Of a DNA stretch of 34,669 bases, positions 13,208 to 23,800 are shown piece by piece. The first letter of the stretch is position 1. Every line of letters starts with the position of its first letter. A program made the translations under genes and the position numbers. Origin of the DNA: Fonticula alba ATCC 38817 (Eukaryota > Protista > Nucleariida); assembly GCA_000388065.2 (NCBI GenBank), contig KB932206.1; one strand, written 5' to 3'. The notes under the pieces were generated by a model. The model was not told where the DNA came from. It did not search any database and saw only the letters and a program-made list of their open reading frames with translations.

Positions 13208-13519
13208 CCTCGCGACGTTGTTTGTCTTTGTTGGAACAGGGAAATTCTGCCCGCCTATCTGGCGCATCTTCGATCGGCATACGCCAATGGCCACTCCATT
13301 GGCGTGGCTCATCTCCTTTGGCCGGCGGCTTGTGCGCTGGGAGTCAGCCGCGATCTTCTGGCTGCTCTCTTCGATCTGGCCTCCAGCGACCCGAGCGGCG
13401 GGGACTTTGTCCCGGATGCCCCGGCCACCAGCACCGGCCACATCGCCAAGAAGCAGCTCCACCACATTGGCTCGTTCAGCATCGGCAGCCAGCTGGCCTT
13501 CCAGGACGGCACCCTTTGA
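3520..13519 (+). CDS. INTS1: Integrator complex subunit 1-like protein, ~2,970 aa after removing artefactual inserts; exons 3520-3915/3918, 4176-6839, 7070-13028 (minus 398 nt of artefact), 13240-13519
   Basis: The N-terminal segment ARDLPQVFRTAEVHRALVACF..RPNPWLVVLVAQVFQAAWEDAPSDWPLDFVDIVVADLLGDRVWTDLPGAQRFLAEVATAF resembles the conserved INTS1 N-terminal (DUF3677-region) motif as I recall it (LMAAYEEDENWPEIFVKVYIEDSLGERIWVD..FVDNIQTAF). The last exon, EILPAYLAHLRS, resembles the INTS1 C-terminal FLPTFMYCLGS. The protein is Leu/Ala-rich and helical throughout. Splice phases are consistent (8,904 nt). Confidence 0.75.
7185..7569. repeat. False 183-bp direct duplication (7185-7367 = 7387-7569) joined by Illumina adapter sequence (7368-7386)
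   Basis: The spacer ACGTGTGCTCTTCCGATCT is the 3' end of the TruSeq read-2 primer/adapter. The two copies read as identical. The 202-nt insert shifts the reading frame. Confidence 0.95.
7652..8023. repeat. False 176-bp direct duplication (7652-7827 = 7848-8023) joined by Illumina adapter sequence (7828-7847)
   Basis: The spacer AGATCGGAAGAGCGTCGTGT is the standard Illumina adapter read-through sequence. The 196-nt insert shifts the reading frame. Confidence 0.95.
11983..12057 (+). repeat. Coding Arg-Asp/Glu dipeptide repeat (25 aa) inside the INTS1-like gene, downstream of an acidic Ser/Asp/Glu tract (~11161-11540)
   Basis: Translates as RERDRERDRDRDRERDRDRERDRDR using varied synonymous codons. 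Confidence 0.9.
13143..13206. repeat. (CT)n microsatellite in the last INTS1 intron (13029-13239)
   Basis: About 30 CT units. A shorter (CT)n run is also present in intron 2 near 6950-6972. Confidence 0.95.
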
Positions 13520-14480
13520 ACGGGAGGCGCCCCCTCCTTGGCCCTCCTCTCGGAGGCAATACACCCCCCCATAGACACATGCATGATCGGGCGCTGGGCC
13601 AGTTGGAAGAGCGGACAGGGGAGGGGACAAGCCGGGGGGTGCATCTGCTTGGCAGGGTGGTCCTCTCGGTGGCGCGTGACGTCGGGCAATGGGGCAGCGG
13701 AGGCGTGACAGGCAGACATGCAGGCAGGCAGCCGGACAGGACGGCGGCGATGAATGCGCCGGAGAAGCGTCTTTTTGACCTCCGGCCATCGTCCTCACGG
13801 CAGCATGGGATCGGTGGCTCCAGCGCCCGGAATCCCAGGCCGGCGCACCCGACCCCAGGCGGGGAGGCGTCGCCTGGCCGGCGCCAGTGCGGCGACATGA
13901 GGCCCAGATCGGCGGATCATCGAGGGGGGCCGGGAGGGAGGGGGACATGGCTGGCCGATCGAGGTATGCCCCTGGCCCGGGGAAGCCCGAGCTGCCGAAG
14001 GGCCTGGCCGAAGGACCAATACCCGCAGGGGAGCAGCGAGGGGGGATGGTTTGTAGTTGCTGGAGAGGCAATCGGCAAATTGACGCCACACGCGAGCACC
14101 AGGGCGAGGGCCCTGCCGGGCGAGTCTTGGCTCGACGCAGGGCGCCCCGAGACCGGCAACATGACCGTTTGGTGTCATGGGCGCGGGTCGATCGGCCACC
14201 GTTTGGAGGGGCTTGGGCAAGCATGACGGCGCCATCGGACGGATCTACCGCCGGGCGTTTGGGCCGAGCCTCAGGACCTCCAAAGGGCTCACGGGGGAGA
14301 GATGCCTGGTGTCTTGGAGATCGCTTGTCATCGAAGAGTAATCCACCGAGATCCTGCCTTGGACCGAGACATCCGGCACACCGATGGGGAGAGGCAACAT
14401 GAGGGCAAGCAACAGGCGGGCAAGGGCGACTCGGGGTTTGGCGGTGTGGGGGGGAGAGGGCGGGCAGGTGGTGCGTGGCT

Positions 14481-14710
14481 AAAAAAAGGTCCTCCAAATG
14501 GCTAACGATGATAACAGGTCCAATATATTACATAAAAGTGCACAAAGTCTGTATGTAACAAAAGCATTTTGATTGATAACAGTAGAAGACTTTATGGCAA
14601 AGAAGTGCCAGAAATCTGTTTTTATTGTGATTTTAAAACACTATAGCTCTGTTGTCATAATTCTAAAATATAAATAACCTTAATACATTTTATCGTTAAT
14701 ATATGCTTGT
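14481..14710. other. AT-rich island (~29% GC) upstream of the carrier gene
   Basis: Hand count: 66 G+C in 230 nt, with sharp edges against GC-rich flanks and no ORF of note. Confidence 0.85.
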
Positions 14711-14849
14711 TCCTCTCGGGAGGGGGATATCAAGGACCACCGTGGGGCGCCAGGGCTGGGTGCTCTAGTCAGCATATGCGCCTCCTCCTCCTCCATCTTT
14801 TTCCTGCTCCCCCGCCCTCTTTTTTTTTTTTGCCCCCGAGCGAGCGCGC

Positions 14850-16609
14850 ATGCTCCCCTCCTCATCCACTACCCGGGATGCCGGGACACCGCCGGCCACC
14901 CGTCCCGATGATGGCTCCCCGACTCGGGACCCCTCTCCCGACACCGGGCAAGCGACTGCCCCCTCCTTCTTTGGGTCAACGGCCTTGCACCAGTCGCTAT
15001 CCGGCCTGACGGCGGGCGCCTCAACCACGCTGCTCCTTCACCCGCTGGATTTCTTGAAGACCCGCATGCAGGGTGCGTCTGGGTGAACCATGCGCGAGCC
15101 CGCGCCCTCCTCCTGCCCCCCCCCCCCCTCCCCTTGTGGAGGCGCGAAATGATGTCCGCCGGTCGGTCCCCCTGGTCACTAATGCCTCCTGGTGCGCTTG
15201 CCCTCCGGTAGTCAGCTCCGGCTACACGTCCTCCCTCAGGACGGCCCGAGGGATCTTGGCGAACGAAGGATTCCGGGCTTTCTACTCCGGCCTGACCCCC
15301 TCCATCATCGGGACTTCCCTCTCGTGGGGGCTGTACTTTGGCTGGTGCGCGGCAGCCATGGTGCTGCGCTCGCCGCGTGACTTCACTGAGACTCGCTGAC
15401 TGACATGCTGCTGCCGCCGGTCCGGCACGCACGCGCATCCAGGTACTCCTTTTACCAGCGCCTCATCGCCCCGGATGCGGTCCCGGCCTACTCGTCGACG
15501 ACCGGCCAGGATCAGGTCTTCCTGACGCCCCTGCAGACGATGGGCGCCTCGGCTTTGGCCGGTGCGTTTGGGCCATCCTTCGGGGCTCCCTGTGCTTTTT
15601 TATTTTCTGACCACCGGGCCTCCTCCCCTCGCCCCCCCCCCCCCTTCCCAGGCATGACCACCTCCCTCATGACCAACCCCATCTGGGTGGTGAAGACCCG
15701 GATGTGTGTGCAGCAGCACCCATCGGCTGGCGGGCCGCCGGCCTACTCCAGCGTCTCTTGTGCGTGGAGCATGCTGGGCTCGCCCCGGCTTGGAGCCTCG
15801 AATGTGGGCCCCAGCCCGAGCATGACCCTGTCGCGACTGCCTCGCCGCTGACCTTGCACGCTGTTTCCCATCTCCTCCCTCTCTGCGCCAGCTGCCCTTT
15901 TGTCTATCGCTCGGAATGAGGGCCTGCGCGGGCTGTACCGTGGATTTGGCATGGCCCTACTCGGGTCGGCCCATGGCGCGGTGCAGTTTGGCGTGTATGA
16001 GCCGCTCAAGCGCCACGTCAGCGTCTTCCGCTTCGGTGCCCCGGGCCAGCGTCTTGTGCGTCACCCAGGGCCGCTGCCCGTCTCGCTGTCCCCCTTCCCC
16101 GGAGTTGGGCCAGCCCGGCGTGCTAACACTCTTCTCCTTTTGCCAGAGCGCAACCGATCAGCTGCTGTGTGCCTCGGTCAGCAAGGTGGTTGCCGTGGTC
16201 TCCACCTATCCGATTCAGCTGGTGAAAACCCACCTGCAGGTGCGCCCCGCCGCCAGTCCAACCCATGCCCTCGCGCAGCAACCTCACACTCCCTCTCTGT
16301 GTCTCCCCCCTGGCGGGCCCGGGTTCCCCTTTGCAGCGCGAGCGTGTGAAGCACCTCAAGATCTCGACCCTCCTTCGGGAGATCTTCGTGTGCGTTCCAG
16401 GCCCGTGCCCCCGTTCCGGAGGCCGCCCTTCTTCTTCCCGCCTCCCGCGGGAGTCCATGTGCTAACGCGATCGTCAATCTAGTGCCAACGGAGTGACTGG
16501 GCTGTACCGCGGCCTGGGGCCGGCTCTGTTGCGCGTTCTCCCCCAGAGCTCGCTCACGTTGCTGGCGTACGAGCAGATTTCCGTCCTGCTGGACACGTCC
16601 CAGTCGTGA
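14850..16609 (+). CDS. SLC25A32: Mitochondrial carrier (SLC25), folate/FAD transporter SLC25A32/FLX1-like, ~339 aa; exons 14850-15072, 15212-15344, 15443-15561, 15652-15759, 15892-16055, 16147-16239, 16337-16389, 16483-16609
   Basis: Three PX[DE]XX[KR]XR-type repeats: HPLDFLKTRMQ, NPIWVVKTRM and YPIQLVKTHLQ. SWGLYFGWY and HGAVQFGVYE are typical of the folate/FAD carrier clade. The spliced frame is 1,020 nt ending in TGA. Branch-point-like GCTAAC at 16461. Confidence 0.85.
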
Positions 16610-17047
16610 GTGAAACCCACGGGGGGCTGGGCCCATGTCCTTTCTCTTGCTGCCGCCCCGCCCCCCGTTACACAGGGACCGGGGCACACCACACAACCAT
16701 AGACAACAATAAACGGTGCTGGCCTCCGGCGCACCCGCACCCCTCACCAGCCAATGCATCGGGCGGGACTCAACAAGCGGGGAACGGAAAGCCAGGCACA
16801 CGGGGGTGTATTGGATATGCCGCACTCTGGTCCTGTGCGTGGCATTGTGCGCAGGAAGGGTGCAGGCCCGCCAGCCGAGTGGCGAGTGGGGCGGGCAAAC
16901 TGTGCCCAACCCCTTCCCGAAGGGCCATCTCACCGGGGGGGGCGGCACTGGCACATGAGGCCGGCACCGGGCATGGTGACGGAGCAGCACGGGCGGGCAT
17001 ATGGACGCGGAGCCGTGGGGACGGCACGACGTCGGGGAGCAACACAT

Positions 17048-19319
17048 TTAATAGTCACCCTCATCGACGACCAGCCGACCGACAGCGCGGCCGCCACCAT
17101 GGCGGTCGTAAGTGGCCGACAGCTGGGGCAGGGGCTGGACCGAGGTGGGGATGGGCCGGCGGCAGCCGGAGCTGTCGGAGCCGCAGACATCATGGATGAA
17201 GCCGGTGGCAAAGAAGTCGGCCATCTGCTGGTTGACGACCGGGTCCTTGCGGGTGTACGAGTGGGTGTCGTACTCCTTGGGCGGGGGGATGTTCTCCTCC
17301 GGGGCCGGGGGGACGCCGTAGTCATAGCCGACGGCCACGCTGTACTCATTGGTCGAGGTGCCGGGGATGAGGTCGCCGAAGACGGTCTCATTGTACTCGG
17401 GCATGTGGCCGCGGAAGACGCGGCCGCCGACAGCGCGGTTGTTGGCCTGGGCCGAGAGCCAAGAGACCTGGGCATCGCCGAGGCTGTAGTGATAGAGCAT
17501 GCGCTTGGCCGGGGCGGTCGCGCCCGGGGGCATGAGGGTGGGGATCTCGCCGCTGAGGCTGTTCACGTAGCCGGCCGGCTCGGCGCGGTCCCACGCCTGG
17601 CCCATGAGGGTCAGGAGCCAGGTGACGTCGATGCTCTTGGGGTAGCGGCTGGTCAGGATGGCGTAGTACGGGTCGAAGTCCACCGAGCGCAGGAGCATCA
17701 TGGAGTACGGGGCGCCCGGCACATCGAGGCAACCACGGTGGACCCAGGGGCTGAGGGCCATGTAGCTGTGTTTCCGTGGGCCGGGGGGGGGGGGGGGGGG
17801 GGGGGGAGGGGTCAGTGGCGCGAGCTGCAAAAGCCGGCTGGCAGGCGAGCGACACGGTCCGCGGTGTGGCACATGGGAGCGTACTTGTTGCCCAGGATGC
17901 CGCCCTGGCTATTGCCATAGTAGTAGAGCTTGTTGGTCTTGAGGACGGACACGCCGCCATACTTGACAACCTCGTCATTGGACAGGCTGGTCATGGCCAT
18001 CTGTGCGCGGGGGTGGTGGGTGAAGGGGAGAGCAGGGCAGGGCAGGGCGATCGGAGGTGACAAAAGTGAGCAGGGATGGCGATAGGGGACACGACACACG
18101 TGAGGAGGGGGGAGGGGCAGAGACAGAGGCAGAGAAAGAGGCAGAAGCGCCGGCGCACCCGCATGGAAAGAACGGCGTTGGTGATGCCCTGGGAGAGGCG
18201 GTCGGGGAGGATGTTGAACTGGCCGATGTCGGTGGCCAGCATGCGGGTGACGGCCGGCACATCGGGGCTGGCCATGCCCTGCCAGTCGACGGCCAGCAGG
18301 ACATACCCATAGGTGTTGGCGATGCGGGCGAGCCAGCTGCCGCCGATCTGGCCCTGGCTGCCGAACAGCCCATGGCCATACTGGAGAATGGCCCCGGCGC
18401 GCTGCTCCTCCGCCAGGATGGTGGGAATGCGCATGGTGAACTTGACATCGACAAACTGCTGGAAGACCGGCAGGTCGGTGTCCGGGTCGATGACCAGCGA
18501 GGCGCCGGGCTTCGGCTCGTCCAGGTAGTTGGGGATGCGCATGCGACCGACGATCTCGCGGGCGATGTTCTCCGCCGGGTTGTCATGCACCGAGACGATG
18601 GTGTAGTCGATGCCGGAGGCCGGGATGCGGGACAGGGCGTCATCGCGCATGTGGCGCGCGCGCCCGGTCAGCGAGTGCTGCGAGGCCACGGTGAAGTCCC
18701 ACGCCTGCTGGAGGTTCTCGCGGCGGATGCCGGCGCGCGCGAGCGGGCCGAAGACATCGCGCTCGAAGTGCTCGCGGCGGAGCTCGATGTCGCTGTCCTC
18801 GGAGGGCAGCTTGTCACGCAGGGCCCGGAAGCCGGCGGTCGGCGGCAGCGGCCGGCGAGTGGAGGCAGACAGAACATCGCGAATTGCCACGATGTACCGG
18901 CGCTCGTGCTTCAGAGCGCCGGCCGCCCAGATGAGGAAGCCGCGCTCCTGGAGCGGCTCGTTGGCGGCGTTGCTCTGGTCGATCTCGGCCCAGCTGGGGA
19001 CCACCTCGCCGGTGTCGGCGTCCAGCAGGACCACCTTGGCCCCGGGGCTGAGGGATTGCTCGATGTCCCGGTGGCCGACCACCCCCTCGAGCGACACGTC
19101 CCCGAGGTAGGTGATGATCTGCGGCATGGGGGAAAACCCATCCAGCGTGGCCCACGGCGCGGGGACGAACTTGTCCCCGCGCTGGTCGGCCGGCATCATG
19201 GACTCGCGCAGGCGCAGCTTGAAGCCGGTGTGCGACCAGCTGGCCGAGGCGGGCTCCAGGTAGAAGTTGTTCGGGTACGGCAGCCGGCACTTGTGGGCGA
19301 TCGGGTCGCAGTCACCGAG
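17048..19319 (-). CDS. Alpha/beta-hydrolase (lipase/esterase-like) with a large N-terminal domain, probably secreted; at least 664 aa; exons 19319-18159, 18000-17885, 17765-17048; true 5' end not resolved (next to the gap at 19353-19452)
   Basis: Nucleophile elbow YYGNSQGG and oxyanion-type YGHGLFG. Candidate Asp in LGDAQV and candidate His in DTHSY. N-terminal CDPIAHKCRLPYPNN..DGFSP..AWDFTVAS and C-terminal DVCG resemble uncharacterised bacterial hydrolases as I recall them. Splice phases are consistent. Confidence 0.8.
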
Positions 19320-20499
19320 CTGAGGGGCTGTGTGTGCAGGGGGGGGGGGGGGNNNNNNNNNNNNNNNNNNNNNNNNNNNNNNNNNNNNNNNNNNNNNNNN
19401 NNNNNNNNNNNNNNNNNNNNNNNNNNNNNNNNNNNNNNNNNNNNNNNNNNNNGGGGGGGGGGGGGGTGAAGCGTCTGAAGGGGGCATGGACACCCTTCGT
19501 GGGGGTCTTTTCTCCCGTCCGCTTGCGGCCGGTGGCGGTGTCCCCCTCTCCCAAGGGCAAAAAGAAAACAACGGCGAGGGCTCGGGCTGGCGCTCGCGTT
19601 GCCCCGCCCACCACCGCCGCCACCGGCAAGCTGCGCACAACCCGCCAGGCGGGCCCACGCCCGGGGGAGGTCGCTGCTCGCCGGGCCAGGCAGGCCCCGG
19701 GTCAGGTCACCTCCAGCCTGGCGCCGGATGTGTGCGCGTGTTCGCCGGCCGTTGCGCCAGCCAGCCGACCTTGGAGATGACCACGCCCGGGGGATTCTGC
19801 TAATGGGTACCAAAAGTCACACCCCACGATGAGGGAGCGCCATTCGTCGCGAGGCGAGTACCACCCACCCGGGCCGCCTCCCCTTCCGGAGCAAGTCCAT
19901 ATGCGCCGGGACACGCACCCCAAGCGCCTCGCCCCTCGCCGGTCAGGTTCCAGTCGTGTGCCAGGGGGCGGGGGGGAGGATGCCAGGCATCGGACGAAAA
20001 CATTGCCCCGGAAAAGGGCGCAAGGGCCGAGATGCAGATGCCAGCCTGACCCCCTGGGTTGGGGGGGGCGCTCGAGCCCGCGCGACACGGCAACCCCAAA
20101 ATACCAGCCCCAGGGCGCGGGACCGGACCGGAGTAGAGCCGCGAGGCGGTAAAAAGCCGTGTTTATTTATTTCAACACACACACACACGCACACACGCAC
20201 GCACGCAGACAGGGACATGGTAAATGAGTGTATATGTTTCGGGACCGGGGGCTATTCCGACGCTCAGGGGCAGTGCCGCGTGACCTGGATCACGGCGCCC
20301 ACACATCACGCCCATGGACTACTCGGCGTTGGGAGCGTCCTGTGGAGGGTGGGGGGGGAGCCGCCGCCGGGGATGGCGGAAAGGGGCCAGCGGGCCCCGT
20401 TTCGGCGGATGGGCACCGGGTCCTGGGCGCCAGACGGCAGTGACGCTCGGCAGGCCTTCTGGTCCGTGCGCGGTGGCTGGTCTCGCCGGCAAGGGCATT

Positions 20500-23400
20500 C
20501 CTCACGCATGGGGCTCGGCCTGCGTCAGTCCCGAGGGGCCACCCCCCGACTGGCCGGCGCATCATCGACCCATGCTTCGGGGCGCACATCAACCGGTTGT
20601 CCGCGGCAGATCGCACGCACGAGGGCGGAGGGCCCGCCGCGCGCGGCCGTTCTGTCTGTCCGCGCCTGAGCGAGGGCCGCCCGCAGGGAAGTGCCGTGGC
20701 CCGGTCCTGGCGCACGGCATTCCGGCGGAGTTAGCACTCCGTCCCCCGGGCGGGAGGCCCGCTTTTTCGGACGGTAGAGCAGACGCGACCAGCCCGGGAG
20801 ACACCCGCGAGGCCATCTACCATAGGGGGTGCTCTGCACTCTCGCGCTGCTTTGTATGTGGCCCTGTGGTCGAGCGGGGAGCCGCGCGGATGCATGACGG
20901 CCCAAGCGCATGTTTGTGTCGAGACAAGGCACCGAGCTTGCCTCCGGCCCGGGGGGGACAGAGGCAAATGCGTGGTATGCATGTATGGGTGTGTCTGCGA
21001 AGCAGCGTAGGCCTGTTGCATGCCACAGCAGGAGCCAGCGACTGAGGGACCCTCATGGCGCCAGCAGTGGCACCGCGTTCCGGCTTCCCTCGTCGGAGGG
21101 GACGCGGCCGATGGAGGGATCTGGAGACGATGCATCCGGGGTTTCTGTTTTTGGCACACCGGGCTCCAGGCTGGCACAACAGGCCCGGGACAAAAAAGAG
21201 CGATCCCAGAGACGTGGATCAAACTGTGGTCGTCCTTTGCAGGGGGAGGGCAGGGGTGCCGCCCCTCAAGGGGAGCTCCCCCCGACGGCGGGCGCCCTTC
21301 TCCTGCCTGCCGGTCCCGGCCCGCCGAGCCGGGCCCATGGGGCAATCGAAAGATGCGCCCCGTGCTGTGTAGCTGGTGGATGCGCGGGCCCAGTGCGAGC
21401 CTGGTTCCGGGGGCGCGACCTGCCTCGAACGAGGAGAAAGGGAAGGGGGGGGGGAAGAGGCACTCGGGTGTGCCACTTGCGGGGAGGAACATCGGCAGCG
21501 TGGGAGGGGGGGGGGGGGGCGTCGCGCCGCATGGCGCGCATCAGCTGGGGGTGGAGCACGCAGTCGGAGGTCTGCTGCCGGCTGGCATGGGGCATGTCGG
21601 GAACGTTGGCCAGGCCGAGGGGAGGGGGAGGGCTGGCGCGGATATCACGCACTGTATTCTTGACCGCCATGGGGCGGAAGTACGCCGGCAGCCAAGCGGC
21701 CAGGAACAAAAGCAGGACGCCAAGACCGATGCCAAGACCCAGGGCTGATGCAGATGATGCGGGCTGCGCGTGAAGGGGCAGCCGTGGGCGCCAGAGATGA
21801 GTGCATGCGCCAAGATGTGGCCACACCGGGGATGGGGGGCCGCGCGCACTGTCGGCACCCCTCTTCGAGCCCACGCGCATGCGCAGCCCGAGTGACGGGC
21901 GGCGCATGTTGGACTGTGGGAGCCTCGCAGCCACTGAGCCGACTGGCCGGACACGCCAGCACATCGGAGGACCTTTCAAGCAGTCGGTAGACAAGTTTGC
22001 ATCGCTAGCAGCATGGGGAAGCCGAGGCGCCAACCGGGTCACCTGGCAGAGCGCCAGACGGTGGAGAGCCGATGGCGAGCGCGCACGCTTCGCAGTGCTT
22101 CAAGCGGGCCAAGCGGGCTTGCTCTGTCGGCGGAAGGGGGGGGGGGGGGGCAAACCAGACAGCCAACGGGCATACCCTGGGGCCGAAGTCCAGCCAAGAG
22201 GCCGCATCGGCGCAGGTCGTGCATCGGAAGACATGCCCATGGCAGGTGGCACATTCCAGGGCAAGGGGTGTGGTGATAGGCGGCATCGGCGGCTGGGATC
22301 AGAAGCAAGACCTCGCCTGGTGGATGTATATGGATGCAAGTCTCGATCGGGGGAGAGGGCGGCGGATTGCATTTTCAGGCGGTGCACCAAGCCGAGCAGG
22401 CGAGATTGTCATCGGGCATGTGTACGTGGGCGCTGCACCTGGCCAGACAGAGCAAGCATGCAGCCTGCGCCTCGTAGGCATGGGGTTCCCGGACAGACGA
22501 GGGACTGATCCCCGTCCAAGTCGTCACACAGCTGGCACAGGGGGCCGAGCAGCTGCCACACATCCGGCCACGGTCGTCGGCCACCTCGACATGCTGCCCG
22601 GGAGGGGAGGGAGAGAGGGCACAGGGCGCGCTGGTGGCTCTGGCGAGCTCGGCGCAGGTGGGCCACAGTGCAGGCACAATTCCGCACTCTGGAAGGTGTC
22701 GACCAGGCAGGCGGCGGAGCGGCCGTGCTCGCCCAGCAGCGGGACATCCTCCGTGCAGGCGCAATGCTCGCCGGGGCCCAAGCCGGAGCAAGGTTCACAA
22801 CTTGAACCGCAGATGCTGAAGTCGCCGCCCCAGGCGAAGGGCGGCACGGGCCAGGCGGCTGCGCATTTCGCGGTGACCATTAGCCGGCCGAACTCGCCTG
22901 GCCGTAGGCAACCACGCCGCCAGGGCAGCTGGCGCAGTGGACCATGCGCTGGGCATGGCCAGTCCATCAGGTGGCCCGCTGGCGGAAAGGCGAACAGGTC
23001 GTTCGAGCAGACGCCGGCGTGCTAGCTGACGTGTGTATGTCGGAGGAGGCATCGCAGGAGAGGAAGCAGGGCAGGTCCCGGCCACCCAGGGTCACTTGCC
23101 TGGGGGCGCAGCGGCCGGGCATGTCGGCCATCCTGACGGGGCCGGCAGTCTCGGCCGGGAGGGCTGTCACGCTTGGGCCGAGCTTTGCCACAGGGCAGGC
23201 AGGCCATGTCGCCAGGCCGGTGGGAGTCCCTCGGCGAGAAGGGGAATACGTGCCAGTGTGCGGGCTCGGTGCGACCGAGGGGACCCCGGGGCCGCTGACG
23301 CACGCGACACACTTGGCACCGCCTGCCCTGGCGCAGCACGCCCCCGGGGGACTCTCGCGCGGACAGCTACCCGGGGAAGACACAGCGGGGACCATTTTTG

Positions 23401-23800
23401 GCCGACCGGAATGCCTTCGGTCGGGGAGGTCGGAAGGAGACTGGCATCGCAGGACAGACACCATGCAAGCGGTACACCCTCCGCAAGACAGGGAGGCTGT
23501 TGGGGGCGCAGGGGCCTGTGATGCCGGGGACCGGAGGCTCCAGCGATAGCCGGAAGCAGAGATTCGGCAGGCGTCGGGGGCCCTGCCGGCACACATGGCA
23601 CAAAAGCCGTCCCAGGACATGCGCCGGTCGGAGCCAACATGCTCGCCCAGGCGCCAGGTTGCCACGCGCAGGCGGCCGGCTTGAGGAGCTGTCCCTGGGA
23701 GCACCGAGCCCGGCTCGCAATGTATGTGGGCCGGTCTGTTGGCGCACGATGTGCGGCACATGTTGCCAGGCTAGCCGGGGATGGCAGAGGCCGGCACCGA
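20500..23800 (-). pseudogene. Decayed paralog of the furin-like-repeat/TM/TKL receptor kinase
   Basis: 22005-22286 reads ECATCHGHVFRCTTCADAASWL..PTEQARLARLKHCEACA, versus ECATCHEHASRCTSCADGAHWL..PREQVCLACSRHCEACA in the gene at 33988-34669. TM relic ALGLGIGLGVLLLFLAAWL at ~21680-21750, followed by a donor KNT|GTGCGT at 21652, matching KDS|GTGCGC in the intact gene. Further Cys-repeat relics at 22524-23761 and weak kinase relics at ~20600-20930. Stops, frameshifts and lost Cys residues throughout. Confidence 0.7.

Noticed and set aside
4143-14497. Long minus-strand ORFs opposite INTS1 (e.g. 4901-6880, 9373-11175, 12080-14497)
   Set aside because: Antisense shadows of GC-rich coding DNA with few stop codons; Arg/Pro/Gly-rich and without motifs.
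14630-14655. AAAACACTATAGCTCT resembles part of a type II-A CRISPR repeat (AAAACAGCATAGCTCT)
   Set aside because: Single short partial match with no array and no cas genes, in a eukaryotic context; chance similarity in AT-rich DNA.
19453-19813. Possible first exon or signal peptide of the hydrolase
   Set aside because: No ATG-initiated hydrophobic leader with a consistent donor could be identified; the start may lie within the gap.
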